Under the pieces are notes generated by a model that was not told the origin of the DNA, made no database searches, and was given only the letters and a program-made list of their open reading frames with translations. A program made the translations under genes and the position numbers. Below, piece by piece: positions 1 through 13,457 of a stretch of DNA of 64,000 nucleotides (positions are counted from its first letter, which is position 1; each line of letters starts with the position of its first letter). The stretch is from Ramazzottius varieornatus. Taxonomy: Eukaryota; Animalia; Tardigrada. The DNA lies in assembly GCA_001949185.1 (NCBI GenBank), contig BDGG01000013.1:1442617-1506616 (forward strand), written 5' to 3'.

Positions 1-3000
1 GGCGGTATCCTCCCCACACCGACCTCAGCTCCTCAAATACGCTCGCAGCCCTCAGCCATCCCACACAATTCTGCGCTGTCCAATAAACCTTCCTCAGGCC
101 CGCAGTTCTTAACGAAAGAGAATGCGCCACCAAAACCAGCCGATACATTCGATGGTTCCCGAGCTACGCAGCGCGTCGGTCAGCAGCCACAACAGCAGTC
201 TTTCCGCACGCATACACCGCCTCGCTCCCAGGCTTATACCACGCCAGGTACGAGAATATACCCGAGTTTCAGTGACGCACATGGAGAATCTACCCCGTTT
301 AGGTGACGCAAAGCTAGAATTCACGTTTCTGTACCCCGTTTCAGTGGCGCACGTGGTCTTCAACGATTCTTCTCATCCTCTCATGATTTCCTTTCTGCAG
401 GCTCCGAAGGTTCGCCAGGGTCGTTTTTCAGGAAGGCCGGTGGGCAGCCGGAAGGGCCTCATGCAACCGCTTCCCTGCCAACGGAAGCGTCACGTGAGCC
501 CAGTAGTGAGGGTGACGGATCCCAGGATGAGATTGTGGACGACCTGAATGGGTGGGGCGCTGAAACGCCGAGGACAACGAGGAATGGTATGCAGGGAAAT
601 ACAGCCCGTCAAGCGTCGAGCTCTCCCACAAAAGCAGCGGACCTTGGAAGGCCTGTGTATGACGACGAGGAAGGCAGCGCTGAGTGGCTGCAAAAGCGTC
701 TGCGCGAGGTACGGTGGAAAACCTTATCTGTGGTTGTTTGGTTCAATGTGTGTTTATCATCATTGCCTCTTTTAGTATACCGTGGAACCTTTCATCGATC
801 CAGAGGCAGATGCCCGTTACGCCAAGATGCAAGAGGAGAAATTGATCGAAGAACTCTTCAAGTTACGAGACTTTTTACCGCGAGAACCCCAGTATGATAT
901 GGGGCTGTTGGGCAGGAAACGATACAGCGACGAGCCCGCGCCGCAGCCCGTCGTTCAGCTGCGTCCCATGGACATACCCGAAGACATGGATCCCAATGTT
1001 GCTGCGGGATTCGATCCCAATGCTCGGCCACTACCCAAAGAGAAACCCAGGACGAACAACAAGGCCAAGGAGGGCAAAGGCTTCTTTGGCAAGAACAAGA
1101 TGCCGGAAGGTGAACCACCGAAACCTGCCGTTAAACCTCCACCAGGAAACTTGAGAGTAAGACGTATTCTAGAGATAGGGTGGAGGAGTTAGACGAGATT
1201 TGTCCGGAGTGTGCAGGCCTACCTTTGTCGAGTCGCGCATGTCGTAGGCTTAAATGCATGACATTTGCGCCACTCAACCTGGGCATGTCGCCCCGGCGAA
1301 GCAGCGCACGTAGAAGTAAGCTTGAACGCATGCCGTATGCGTCAGATTGCCAAGACGCGTTGACCGTTGAAGTTGCGCATACAGTAGGCTTAGAGACGAG
1401 ACTTTTAAGCCAGTTTGGTGTCACCGTTAGTAAAGTGACGAAAGTTTTTCTAACGGTTACTTGACGTGTGTCATGGTTTTGAAGGTACTGACGCAGCCTG
1501 ATGCAAGTCACGAAGACGAGGAGATCGACTCTGAGGTTCCGTTCAATCAGAAGAAGCAGCAACCAGGACTGAGGCCAGGCTTGGCTGGTTTCGCCCCACT
1601 AGAAGTCATGATGGCTGCTGGACTGATGAGGCCACCCAAGATGTCCTTCCCCGGAGGCTTCGGCGTACCGTTCGGCATGGCGGGAGCCAATGCAGCGTTC
1701 GCTTCACAACCACCAGCAGCTCGCGTAAGAACGGCTGTGCTACCAAGTGGCATTGCTCTGCTAACTCCGGGTTTTGATTGATAGAATGCAACGCCAGTTC
1801 GGCCAGCCAAACGTCCCACGAAACCTTCGAACCTGCCACCGGACGCAATGGAGAAGGCCGGTCATGCGCGGAACCTGATGAAGGCTCTAAGTCAAGACCG
1901 GCCGGTGAGCGTCAACGAGCTGCTGTGCATCATCAACTCGGTGAAGACGGAAGCCCTGCTGAAGAATGAGCAAGCGGAGCAAGAGCGCCAAGGCAACCAA
2001 CCTTCCGCTTCCACTTCGTCCAACAACCTGATGATCCAACCAGACGTCCTTCGACAAGTCATGGCGCAACTCACGGGCATGTCCGCTCTGTCGGCGCTCC
2101 TTGGGCAAGCGGCCCAAGCCAGAAAAGGAGAGCCACCTCAAGCACAACAAGAACCTCCGGCGCAGAAGCCACGACAGTCAAGGTTTGAACCAGCTGCTGA
2201 ACGGCCTGAACCAAAAGCGGAAGTCGGCCAGCCCATCCAACGTCTGGCTAGTGCGGCACCACCGTCTGTTCCAATGTTCAGAGGCAAACCTACACACGTT
2301 CCCGTGGATGAAGGTACAGCTTGTTGAGTCGAAGAAGTACAATATCGCGTTAAGCTAGAGATTCGCTAATTCAGCTGGCTAGTTCAATCTGCCATTTTTC
2401 CAAGGAAGATAACTCGAACATGGCCGTGCCGGGCACAAACCTGTTTGATCACACATACTGATGGAGAATTCGTAGAAAAACGGCTGAGTTATAAATTCGT
2501 TTACGTCGTTACTGGTGGGAGTGTGCGCCACTAACGATAACGATGTTTCGCCTTCTGATTGCCCGCCTCCCAGTCAATCAACTTCTCCGGGCTGAATTCC
2601 AGTTCTTTACGTTAAAGCCCCCTATGGTTCTGCTCTTGCAGAGAAACAACCTGTGCAGACGCTACAGAGCACAGTCAAGCCTTCCCAGGCTCCCGACTTG
2701 TCGAAGCTGCAAGGCCAGCCAGCTGCCGGACAGGGACAGTCCATCTTCCGCCTGGGTCCGCCCCAACACCCTTCCTTGATCCTACCACCTCCCACACCGG
2801 TCTCCGAGCCAACTACCTCATCAGAAGCTCGCAACACGGCGGCCTTGCGGCAGATACCGCTGGTGGAAGACAATGCGAGACGGTCCACGGACAACGATGG
2901 CTACGACGAACGTCGTCGAGATCGGCGTTCAAGAAGCGACGAGCGAGACCGAGACCACGATCGTCGCAGGCGGAGTAGTCGTAGCACAACAGACCGCGAT

Positions 3001-5847
3001 CGTCATCGTGAACGAAGTCGAGAGCGAGAGCGTCGAAGGTACGATGACGAAAGACCAGTCGGCAGTCTCGACCGGAGAGAATCACGGGACGAGGAAAGGT
3101 CCAGGGCACACCAAGACGACCTCGATAGACCTTATGGTGAACGGCGGGCTCAGCAGAGGCTCAACGACGAACACCGAGCCCAGCTGGAAAGACGTCAGGC
3201 GGAAGAAGGTTACGAAGATCGAAGGAGACTTGGGCACCAACAACAGCAAGTACAACAGCAGCGGCAGCGGCAGCAGCAGCCACTGCAAGTTAACAACGCC
3301 GTGCTGAATCAGTTGGGTATGAATGAGCAGCAGGTCTTGGAGGCCATTGAGCGGACCAAAGCGCTCTTTGGAAGTGTCATGCCCAACGAAAGCTCGGCCA
3401 AACTCATGGCCTTACTGGAATCAGCCGTCTTTGGCGCATCAACAGGTATTGTTCGCTGAATTTAGACGGTACTGAAAATTAGAAAGAAAAGAAGAACATT
3501 ATTCGCCAGCTCGGCAAATAAACTTGACCAGATTGTTTTTCAAGTGACGCAAGTGTGCGGTGTTATTGGCTGACAGGCTGCGCCGCTTGGAAAAACGATC
3601 TGTCGACTTTGGTCGTCTCGGCCTTATTTCTGGCCTGCATTAATCTTCTGTTTTGCTTGGTAGGTAATCATAGCGCGTCACAGGTCCAGGAGCCGTCTTT
3701 CAGGCTTGAGCAGCCTTCGCAATCTTTCCATCACTATCCGCAGCAGCAGCAGCAACTTCAGGAGCCTTTCCTACAGCATCAGCCGGTTGGACGACGGTTC
3801 TACTCTCCCCCACGAATGTCGTCTCCGCGTCCCGGTGATGGTGGCCATTGGTCGCCCCGAGTGGAGCGTAGTTTGTCTCCCCACAACCCTCATCATCCAC
3901 TAGACCGACTGAACTCGCCTCGACACTTCCGACACCGTTCGCCGGATGGACCTCGTACGCGTGACTCGCCAGGTCGAAGGTTTGTGGAAGGGGGGGACGA
4001 AGTATACTCCAAGTCATCGCGTGATTCGCGGGACAGAGAGGCGAGGGAGTCGAGACGCTCACCAGGTCGTACCTTGTCGTCATTCCAGCGACCCGACACT
4101 GGTCGAAATGGCAGTGGAGGAGCTAGTGCAGACTCGAGAGCTCAGGGAGTCCTCCGTGGATTTTTCGCAAAGGCTCTGGCAAACTTGAAGAGTCCGGACG
4201 ACAAGGTGGACATGAGTCGGCCTTATGGTCCCGCTCTAGCGGATCACGTCCCGGTTAAGAAATCATCAGGGTAAGACGGGCTGACATCGCTTGTTTATAA
4301 TATGCCTTGCCAGATGGGAAGCTCGGCAAGAGCGTTTTTCCAAGTGGCGCACGCTACCAGCCACTAACACTGAAACGAGCGCCACTTTGGAAACCAATCC
4401 TGTCAACTTTCTCAAGTGGCGCAGGCTGTCGGCCAGTTACATTGAGAGCGCGAGCCAATCAAAGAACGATCTTGCCGAGTTTCTTTGCAAGCTCCCGATG
4501 GTTGTATTTGGTACTATATCATACTACATAATATACTCATAATTTTTAGGTGGAGTGATGCGGATAGACCATCGCAGCAAGGGCAGCCACAAGCAGTTCG
4601 GTGCAGTCTGACGCCTCTGGAAGAACTGATACCGCGGAAGAAACAGCAGAAGAGACTGGTGATCATTCTTCGTGGTCCACCCGGTTCCGGTAAGAGTGCC
4701 GTGGCCAAGAAGGTTAAAGAACTCGAACCTGACGCCCGAATCCTCTCCATCGATGATTACTTCCAAGTGGAACAGGACGAGGAGGACGTCGACTCACGAG
4801 GACGCAAAACCACGAAAAAGGTAGGCACGCAAACTCGACAAACGTATTTCTTCGAGAGGCGCATGGTCTCGCTCAACAACACTGGACAAGTGTGCCACTT
4901 GTAAAGAGAATCTTGTCGACTGTCTTTACCGAACTTCCACTTATTAAAGTTTGGAGAAATATGATGTGAATATGCTTCTCTTTTATACCAGGTAAATGTC
5001 TACCGTTTCGATGAAAAGATGGAGCACAAGTACCGCTCCGAGCTGGAGAAGCTGTTCAGGCGGAAAATCGAAGACCCACACTCGACGTGCATCATTGTGG
5101 ATGCAGTCAACGAGAAGCTGACCCACTTCATGGACATGGTCATGTACGGTACGAGGAACAATTTTGAGGTGTTCGTGGGTGAGATGCCGAAGCAGAAACC
5201 GTACGAACTGGAACAGCGGAGTACCCACAAGCGTTCAGCCAGCGACATTGCCGATGTGTGCCGGGACTGGGAAGCCACACCCGGCAGCTGCTGGCGAGTC
5301 GACCTGACCAAACTTATCGTTGAAATCGTAAGTGTGATCGAAAGAACAGTCCTTGCCAAAGTAAGATACAAAATGATGAATGTTTCGGTCAAAGAAACAA
5401 TTTTTAAGAAACTCGCTTCGTGCACATGCATACAGCTAGACCTAGACTGTACTGGTTTACCGGTATGCAGGTGTCTGAATTCGTATTTCCGATAAGTGGT
5501 CGGCAGATTGAATCTGTTTTACTGTGTAGCATAAAGCCGAGGAGACAGCGAAAAACCTGCCGCTTAAGATCTCCATGAAGTTTAACGTCAAGGTGCCCGC
5601 CAAGAGTAAGTGGGAAGCTGCCGATGAGGAAGCCGAAGCAGAGGTGCAACAAGAGGGCGAAGCTGAATGGGTTGAGAAGCCAAAAGAGAAACCTCCTTCG
5701 ACAGAGTTCAAGAAGAAGGCGGCGGGTGTGGAGTGGGTGGAAAAGTCCCCGTCAACCTCGTCAGCAGACCGAAGTCCTAACAAGTCACGCGGAAAGAACT
5801 ATCGGGCCAGATCGAAAAGCCGTAGTCCCGATAGGAAGAAACGCTGA
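1..5847 (+). CDS. YLPM1: YLP motif-containing protein 1-like (ZAP3), multi-exon, 5' end outside the window
   Basis: Spliced Pro/Gln-rich and Arg/Asp/Glu/Ser-rich exons precede a C-terminal P-loop kinase-like domain. It reads RLVIILRGPPGSGKSAVAKKVKELEPDARILSIDDYF...CIIVDAVNEKLTHF...FEVFVGEM...DWEATP, matching the YLPM1 C-terminal pattern. Stop at 5845-5847. Internal exon boundaries are only approximately traced. Confidence 0.8.
3522..4921. repeat. Copies of the same ~88-bp palindromic element in YLPM1 introns
   Basis: Copies at about 3522-3609, 4322-4480 (tandem pair) and 4833-4921, with the AAGTGGCGCA...TGCGCCACTT core. Confidence 0.85.
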
Positions 5848-6149
5848 ATCTCGTTATCGATAATGTGACTTCTGTTATAACTTTTCCAGCTTCTGTGTTT
5901 TTGTTCTTTTATTCTGCATGCAGCAGGCTTCAACTTTCTTGATTTCAAAGCTAGTCTTTCACGTAATCTTTCGAGTTCGGACAACTACCTTTTGAGTTCC
6001 GGGAATTTGACTTTCTGTTATTTATGGATACTTAAAAGCAGCAGGCGTTATGTACAGTGGCGCTCATATTCTTGTGCATAAACCCAGTGTGAAAAAATTA
6101 GCCAAAAGTAGTACAACAGAGTTCAAATGGTACTGTATACGTGGGCGGA

Positions 6150-6237
6150 TGAGCTGATCGTTTGCCCAAGTGGCGCACTTTCCCAGCTGATAACAATGTG
6201 AGCGTGCGTCACTTGAGGGAGCGATTTGGTGAAATTT
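6150..6237. repeat. Intergenic copy of the ~88-bp palindromic element
   Basis: GATCGTTTGCCCAAGTGGCGCACTTTCCCAGCTGATAACAATGTGAGCGTGCGTCACTTGAGGGAGCGAT. Confidence 0.85.
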
Positions 6238-6288
6238 GTTCGCTCACTTTTACGAGTCGTACAGTGAAGGAGACATGGTGTGGTGGAG

Positions 6289-6718
6289 TTATTTGCCGAG
6301 AGCTCCGAGAATGCCGCCACTCTTGTGATGGCTCTGTTGGGGATATCCGTGGGCGCCCATTCCGTCATGTTTGTGCTTGTTCCTGCTCTTCATGTGACCA
6401 GCTCCGGCGCCCAAAGCAGCTCCAGCCATGGCTCCTTGTTTGGCGGAGACTCCGGGAAGAACCGCTCCGGCTATCGCGCCCATCACGGCTCCTTTCAGAC
6501 CTCCACTGACAGCTCCACGCTTCTCTCTGTCGTTCCTAGTTTCCACTGGCGAACAACCTACAACCGTGACACTCTCTGTCTTGTATACCGATCGTAGAAA
6601 AGAAGGTTACATGGTGGCGGGTTTACGTCAAAAGCATGTGCTGTATGCCGGTCGTCAACTTACTGGCTGAAACGACGAGAACTCCCAGGATGAGAATGCA
6701 AAATTGGTCGAGATCCAT
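6289..6718 (-). CDS. Small secreted glycine-zipper prepropeptide (2 exons: 6718-6664 and about 6557-6289)
   Basis: ATG at 6718 gives MDLDQFCILILGVLVVSA. A phase-1 gtaagt...ttgtag intron joins it in frame to SCSPVETRNDREKR-GAVSGGLKGAVMGAIAGAVLPGVSAKQGAMAGAALGAGAG...GGILGALGK*. The product has a signal peptide, a dibasic KR site and GxxxG repeats. Confidence 0.75.
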
Positions 6719-7571
6719 TCTTGAAGATTACGCAGAGGAACAAAGGATAACGGTCACGTTTTCCGTACTTGTACAGATCGAGGGAACACGAGTCTAAATT
6801 CGAACCGATTTACAACGAAGCTTAGATTTCCAGATGGGTTAGTTTTAAAAGTAAATTGTAAAAGCTGTGGTTAGCTTTGGGGGTTTTGCGGATAGTGAAC
6901 GAGGCTGGGTTAGTCAATGCGTGTCTTCTTTGAAAGAGGAAAACTCAGGGTGACTGTATCTGGTTGTTTATTTGTCAGGCAGAACCTTTTCGGAGAAATC
7001 ACTTGTAGGCTTATCCCATGACTAATCTTACAAGGCTACGAGCTGGAAGATGCTCCGATAGCCAGAGCAAAGGACAGAGTCCAGCTTCCTCTACTCGAGT
7101 CTGCTAGCACTTTCCTGCCAGGCTTCAGTCAACAGACTACAGACCAACTTGACACAGTACACCTGAAACATCCCTCGTGGTTGTCACATGTGGGTACTGG
7201 GTACTGTATTACATACTATCTTCTCGATCGACGCCGCGTCACCGCAGTTATTTACCAGCGACCACTGTCCAGAAAATAAATCTAATGGCTGACATAAACA
7301 AGAAAGGTGCATCCGTCGCACCAAGATCCAAAATGCCTCATCTGGATATCATATAGTCCTCCTTCCAAGACCAACCTGCTTCTTCTAATCCTTCTTTACT
7401 CGTATTCATAACAAACTAGGAATAAGCCATCTTTCAGCCAAGCGAATCTTTAACATCTATCAGCACAAAATTTCCAGCGCACAGCAAACATTTCGCTTCG
7501 TAAAAACCTCACAAAAAAGTTGAACACCCTGATCGATATTTCTCAGCTTTACCAGCCATTTGATCTTCACG

Positions 7572-8690
7572 CTACTCTTTTTGAGGCGAATCTCCGTCTT
7601 TACCGGCGTCAGAAGCCTGTCTTTCCTCGGACCCAGCATTGCTATCGTTGACTGCACCATTGCTGTCTGTGTCGATTGAGAACTCAGTAGGAGAACCAGG
7701 CGTCTTCTTTGCTCCACCTTTCTTCGGCCATGGGACATTTACGTTGACTGCAGAAGGTACAGGTAGATCAGGTGACTCCGCAGGACGTGGCTGGCTGATG
7801 TTAACTTTTTTTGACGCAGGAACTGCAACGTCGTCTTCTGGTGGAGACGACGCACCTTCAGCTTCGCCTTTGGGAGGAACAGCGCCATCTGGAGGCGGTG
7901 GTTGTCCACCTTTGCCTTTGTGCCGGCGATGGCGATCACGATGAGGTTCCCCACGTCTTCGGAACCTCTCGCGCCTTGCCTTGGACCGTCTTCTGCTGGC
8001 TCGTCTTGCCTGTGACGGTCTCCTGTTGCCTTGCTTTCGGTTAGGAGATTGTTGCTTGTTCTTGCGTTGTCCACCAGCTTTGCCTTTTCCTTCCCCAGTA
8101 TGACCGGAATTTTGTGGCCGTTTCGGCTTCCTGTCTTCTGAAGTGTCTGCCGCTCGTTTCAGCCGTATTAACTGAACGGGTTTCGGGATGACCAACCTTC
8201 GCGAAGAACTGGTAACGTTACTGGCCACCTTTGGGTCCTTCTTGACTTCTGGATCTGTAAGGGTTCAAATGGATTTTCAGAGTCACCGGAACATGAAACT
8301 AAAAGTTTGCTGTCCGGTCTGAGTTGTCAATGCACAGATGCACTTACGGGAAACTTCGGCAGAGTCGATGCACTTCTCCGTGACGTTCAGGTAGACTTGT
8401 CGCTTCTTCTCCCAGACGAAGAAATGAGCTTCGCATCCACAGCGATCAGGAATGCATACGGCTTCAGATAGAGGATGGCAAGTGAAGTTGGAGCAAGAAT
8501 CCGGGATACAGGAAGGTTGAAGGCTGGGATGACAGACTGACGACGCTGGAAGCTGCTCTTTCCTGGCTCGTTGGTCCTGGTGTTCCGAATCTTGAAGCAC
8601 ATGGATCCCGACCAGTACTGGAAGTCCAACAACGGTCAAAGTCAGGAAGATGACTGAGAGCCCGGTGAGAAAAACAGCGTGACACGTCAT
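7572..8690 (-). CDS. Uncharacterised secreted or signal-anchored protein with a Cys-rich domain and basic disordered tail (exons 8690-8348, 8254-7572)
   Basis: Hydrophobic N-terminus, then an 8-Cys module (CHPSLQPSCIPDSCSNFTC...VCIPDRCGCEAHFF...EKC). A gtaagt...ttacag intron joins in frame (VS-H-PEVKK) to the 218-aa ORF, which contains RLKR and an Arg/Lys-rich stretch. Confidence 0.7.
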
Positions 8691-9225
8691 GATGACGAGC
8701 AGTGGTGTGGAACTGCAGATAACGACGAAATACAGTATAATATCATGTAGGTACTCTACTCATGGTCCAGCGACCTGCCTTGGGAAGATAAGGCAGGTCT
8801 TCTGACGGGATGAATTTTAATGGTGAATGGCGAGCAGCTATGAAAAAGCATTACATGGAATCAGGGACGAATGTGCGCAACCCGGATGCATCTAAGCTCC
8901 TTCGAATGTCATTATCAAGAGTGTGTGGAGTGTTTGGTGGAATGAGGATCATGACAGAGAATATATTGAAAAAATGTTTCCCATGAATCAAGAGTTGACG
9001 GTGTTAGTGAGAGACAGCCATTCAGTTCACAAATGTCCGCAGAGTTGGGGTATGCTCGATGATATTAAGTTATCCTGAGGCTGAAACGTCCGGGTAACTC
9101 GTACTGGCAAAGTGTACGACACGATTTATCGAACACGGTGCTCGACCTACCGTATGCCTGAACGATGGTCAAGTAACTCACCGTTACTCTAGAATATTGT
9201 CGATAATTTAGAACTCGCCAAAAAA

Positions 9226-9316
9226 ACTCGACCAAATCGCCTGCTCAAGTGGGGCACGCTTCCAGCCAAAACTACCGACAGCGTGCGCCACTCGGGAAAA
9301 CGAAATGGCCGAATTT
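9226..9316. repeat. Intergenic copy of the ~88-bp palindromic element
   Basis: ACTCGACCAAATCGCCTGCTCAAGTGGGGCACGCT...AGCGTGCGCCACTCGGGAAAACGAAATGGCCGAATT. Confidence 0.85.
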
Positions 9317-9526
9317 GTCTTCATCTCTCTCGTGCAGTGCAAAAAGAGGTAGGTGTACGAGGTAGAACTTTCTCTTTACTACAAAACACAAGTCACACAC
9401 AAAAATCGAAAGGGCTGATACGAAATTCTGGGATGAAAACAGAAAACAGTCAGAAAATTTCTTATCCACCAGCCAAGATTTCTGCCCACAAAAAGGATTC
9501 GACTTCTGGAGGTGGGGAAAGTTGAT

Positions 9527-10078
9527 CTATTTCGTACCCGTAGAGAGTAAAGCCACTAGTCCAGCGCTACCCAGGGAAGACAAGCCATAATTCATGAGAG
9601 GGTTAGCCGTACGCAAGATGACAAAGGACAAAACGACAGTGCCAAAGAGATACAACAGGTTGTTGTAGAAGAGCGAATAGGTAGTGGCTTCGTAGTCTGC
9701 AATCTCGTTCTTTTTCCACAGGATGCGCTCGTCCTTCTCCTTCTTGGTCACCTTTTTGTCATCCTGCAGTTGCTTGTTGATCTCGCGAGCGATTCCCTCC
9801 TCGCGTTTCTGGGCAATGCGATGCTTCAGGCCAAACTTGGTGTTCTTGTAGGCGAAGGCTATCAACCAGGCCGACGCAGCCGACACCAAGATGTAGGCCA
9901 ACCAGTACACCGACAAGTCCATGTGGTGGATACGCCAGAACAACCAGATGGGAGTCAGTGCTGCTAGACCTCCACTACCGTAGAAGAGCGCGGAAGAACG
10001 AACGCTGACATGGCGAGAGAAGTCCTGCAGCAGCAATTCCTCTTCCTGCGTCAGCTTTGAGCCTCCTTTCTTCGACAT
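9527..10078 (-). CDS. SSR3: Translocon-associated protein subunit gamma (TRAP-gamma)
   Basis: MSKKGGSKLTQEEELLLQDFSR...AFAYKNTKFGLKHRIAQKREE...KEKDERILWKKNEIADYEATTYSLFYNN...LVALLSTG is the diagnostic TRAP-gamma sequence. Single coding exon, with a probable 5'-UTR intron upstream. Confidence 0.96.
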   Translation of the reverse strand: MSKKGGSKLTQEEELLLQDFSRHVSVRSSALFYGSGGLAALTPIWLFWRIHHMDLSVYWLAYILVSAASAWLIAFAYKNTKFGLKHRIAQKREEGIAREINKQLQDDKKVTKKEKDERILWKKNEIADYEATTYSLFYNNLLYLFGTVVLSFVILRTANPLMNYGLSSLGSAGLVALLSTGTK

Positions 10079-10565
10079 TTTGCCTGCAAGCACAAAGACC
10101 ATTTCAATTGCAACCAAGCTTGCCTGTATGTTTAAGTCTTACCTTCCAGATGATCAGTACCTCAGCGTCGATTAAACAAGCAAGCAGTAAGTTGATGGCA
10201 GCGAGGAGGATACCGGATGCAAATGCGTGGAAGAGAAAATCAGTAACAAAGTCAAACTGGCTAAGCCGGATTCCAATGAAATTAATTTTATTTTTCTTCC
10301 ACGTTGGCATGTGTTGGAGTTTGGCGAAGCGGCTTTAACGGAAGGTTGCCACCGCCTCGCTCCATTAGCCGAGTATCCCGCCCCGCATAGCTAGTCAGCT
10401 GGGTGTTATTTCGCAATCAATCAAATGATTCAGAAATTCTTTTATTATTCTCGGAAGTCGGAACGGACCGGAATTGCTTCTTCTGACGTCCTGACGTGCC
10501 TTACTTTTTTTACTTGTAGTTTCAGGTGGACAGGAGGTGGGAGACACTGCCTGAAAAGTCTCAGG

Positions 10566-11932
10566 ATGGGCGAGCCGTCAACGACGTCTGGAGGAGTCGA
10601 GCTGGGCTACGCAGAAGACAGTCCAGCATGGAAGCTCCATCGTCGTTACTTTCCCAGCAAGATCGGCGGCTTTCCAGCCTGGCTCGACTTACATTCTCTT
10701 CCGCTGCCTTCTGACCTTCAGTGCGGATCTTGCAGCCAGCCCATGTCCTATCTCCTTCAAGTCTACGCGGCACACGACGGTGATCCAGCTGGCTTTCATC
10801 GCACTACTTTCGTCTTCGTTTGCCGGAAGTCGGCCTGTATGAAGCCGGGAAATAGCCCCGCCGTCCGTGTTATGCGCTGCTGTCTTCCTCGAAACAACAG
10901 TTTTTACAGTAGTGAACCTCCGGCTTACGACGAGAAGCTGGGCGATCCGGTGATCAGCCATCCACTGTGCGCAGTCTGCGGATGTTTAGGTCCGAATACC
11001 TGCTCGTCGTGTAAGAAGTCTTTTTACTGCAGTCGCGCACACCAGATGCTAGCGTGGAAGAGTGGACACAAAGAAGAGTGTGCCGGGATAAAAGATGATG
11101 AGGCAGTGCTGAAAGGGAAGAATATGGAGACGGCGGCGATTTTCTCTGAATATGAACTGGTTGTCGAACCGGAAGAACTTGAAGGTAATGTCACAGGCTG
11201 TTATTAACCATGACGTCATGTTGCGTTATCGTTATAGCAGTTATCTGTAACATTTCTCGGTATCATCAGGTGACGTTACCCGTCAGTATGAATGATTCTG
11301 GGCTCGCTAATTTAGTTTTGTTTCCCGAACGGAAGCTTCCTCGGAAGTTCCTCCCATTGTTCGATTACTGTTCCAAGTATTTTAGTTGTGAGTCCCAACA
11401 TAGTGTTTATGAATTTTTTTTTGATTTTGTAGGTAAGAAGGAAGAGAAGACGGAAGACGAGAAGATGCTCGAGTATCAGAAGCTTCTGATGAATAACGCG
11501 CCAACGCTGAATGACACTTCCGCCGACGAACTCGATCCCTTTTACGCTAGCGCTGCCAAAGACAAGACCTTCCGAGCCTTTCAGAAGCGTGTGAAGCAGA
11601 ACCCCGAGCAGGTGTTACGATATGACCGTGGCGGAGTGCCGTTACTGCTCTCCGACAAGCACGTTCCGGGAAAAGGTGTTAAGAATGTCTCACGATGCTC
11701 GTGTGGAGCTCCACGAACCTTCGAGTATCAAATCATGCCGCAGATTTTGAATTACTTGGACCAAGAAGAGAGTTTAACAGAAGGTCTTGATTTCGGGACC
11801 ATCTTGGTCTATACTTGCTCTAGAAATTGTCACAGTGAGTCGATCAAGTACCAGCCTGAATTTGCATGGGTACAACCCGTTCAATCAGAGGGAAGAGGTC
11901 CTCGCGTTGAAGCTGCTATGGAAGAAGATTAG
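10566..11932 (+). CDS. PDCD2: Programmed cell death protein 2 (zf-MYND plus PDCD2_C; uS5 chaperone family), exons 10566-11184 and 11433-11932
   Basis: VELGY...FPSKIGGFPAWL, a MYND finger (CAVCGCLGPNTCSSCKKSFYCSRAHQMLAWKSGHKEEC), then PEQVLRY...CGAPRTFEYQIMPQ...DFGTILVYTC. The GT-AG intron keeps frame. Confidence 0.93.
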
Positions 11933-12371
11933 ATCAGTCAAAACAGCCTGTTGACGCTTTCTTGCTATTAATAAAATTATTTATGATTCCGTCCTGTGCT
12001 CATTTCCGCGGGCCAGGAAATCTGAGGGCAGAAGTTCAGAATGTGAAAGTGCCCCTGTTTTAGGCATTTAGCATCGTGCGAGCCGGCGCCTTACGTCACC
12101 GCACTGAATGCTACAAGAAAGCCACGCTGTAACAAGAATGGAAAAGTTGCGACGTCGCGCGTCGATTTTAAGCACAAGGCTAACGCGGCAACGACGTCAT
12201 AGCTTTATTCGAGTCGCTTGTACAGCTGGCATTATTGAACATTAACTCCTTCGACTGATTAGAAAGCAGAGTTGATTGACCAAACTGAATCCAGCTTTCC
12301 AAAAGGGAATCAAGACAACACAAACCGTTCGCCAAAGACGACGTTCAACTTCTCAGTACAGAATAGATCCT

Positions 12372-12980
<609 letters not shown>

Positions 12981-13457
12981 GGTGAAGCTTGGAGGAAGAT
13001 GATGGGCAAGGGAAAAGGATGATAAACGTCGAAGAGTTCTCCGGAAATGAAAATCCTGATTTACCAAAAATCAGACTGTGCGGATCCGCTTCGCCTGACG
13101 TCAAACCTATCCTTCGACAATAATTCGCCTCGCTTCGTCTCTCACAAACATTTACGCACATCGACGCACTTATCATTGTCATGCACCACGTGCTTGCACC
13201 AGCATTACGAGCTGAATAGCCACCACGTGGTTCACCACCGGGCTTCTTTAAGTCCCCAAGACAACTTTGTTCAGTTGGTTTTACTTCCTCTTCCTATTTT
13301 TTTTCTTCGGCGAAGTCTTATTATCCTTTGATACCACATAAGAACTAGAAAGTGGGAAGGTACGAAATTAGCGGAACTATGTACATCAGAGGAGAGAACA
13401 TAAACAGACTAAACCTGCAAACAAGTTTTCAACAGTTTGACATGCAGCAAAAAGGAA

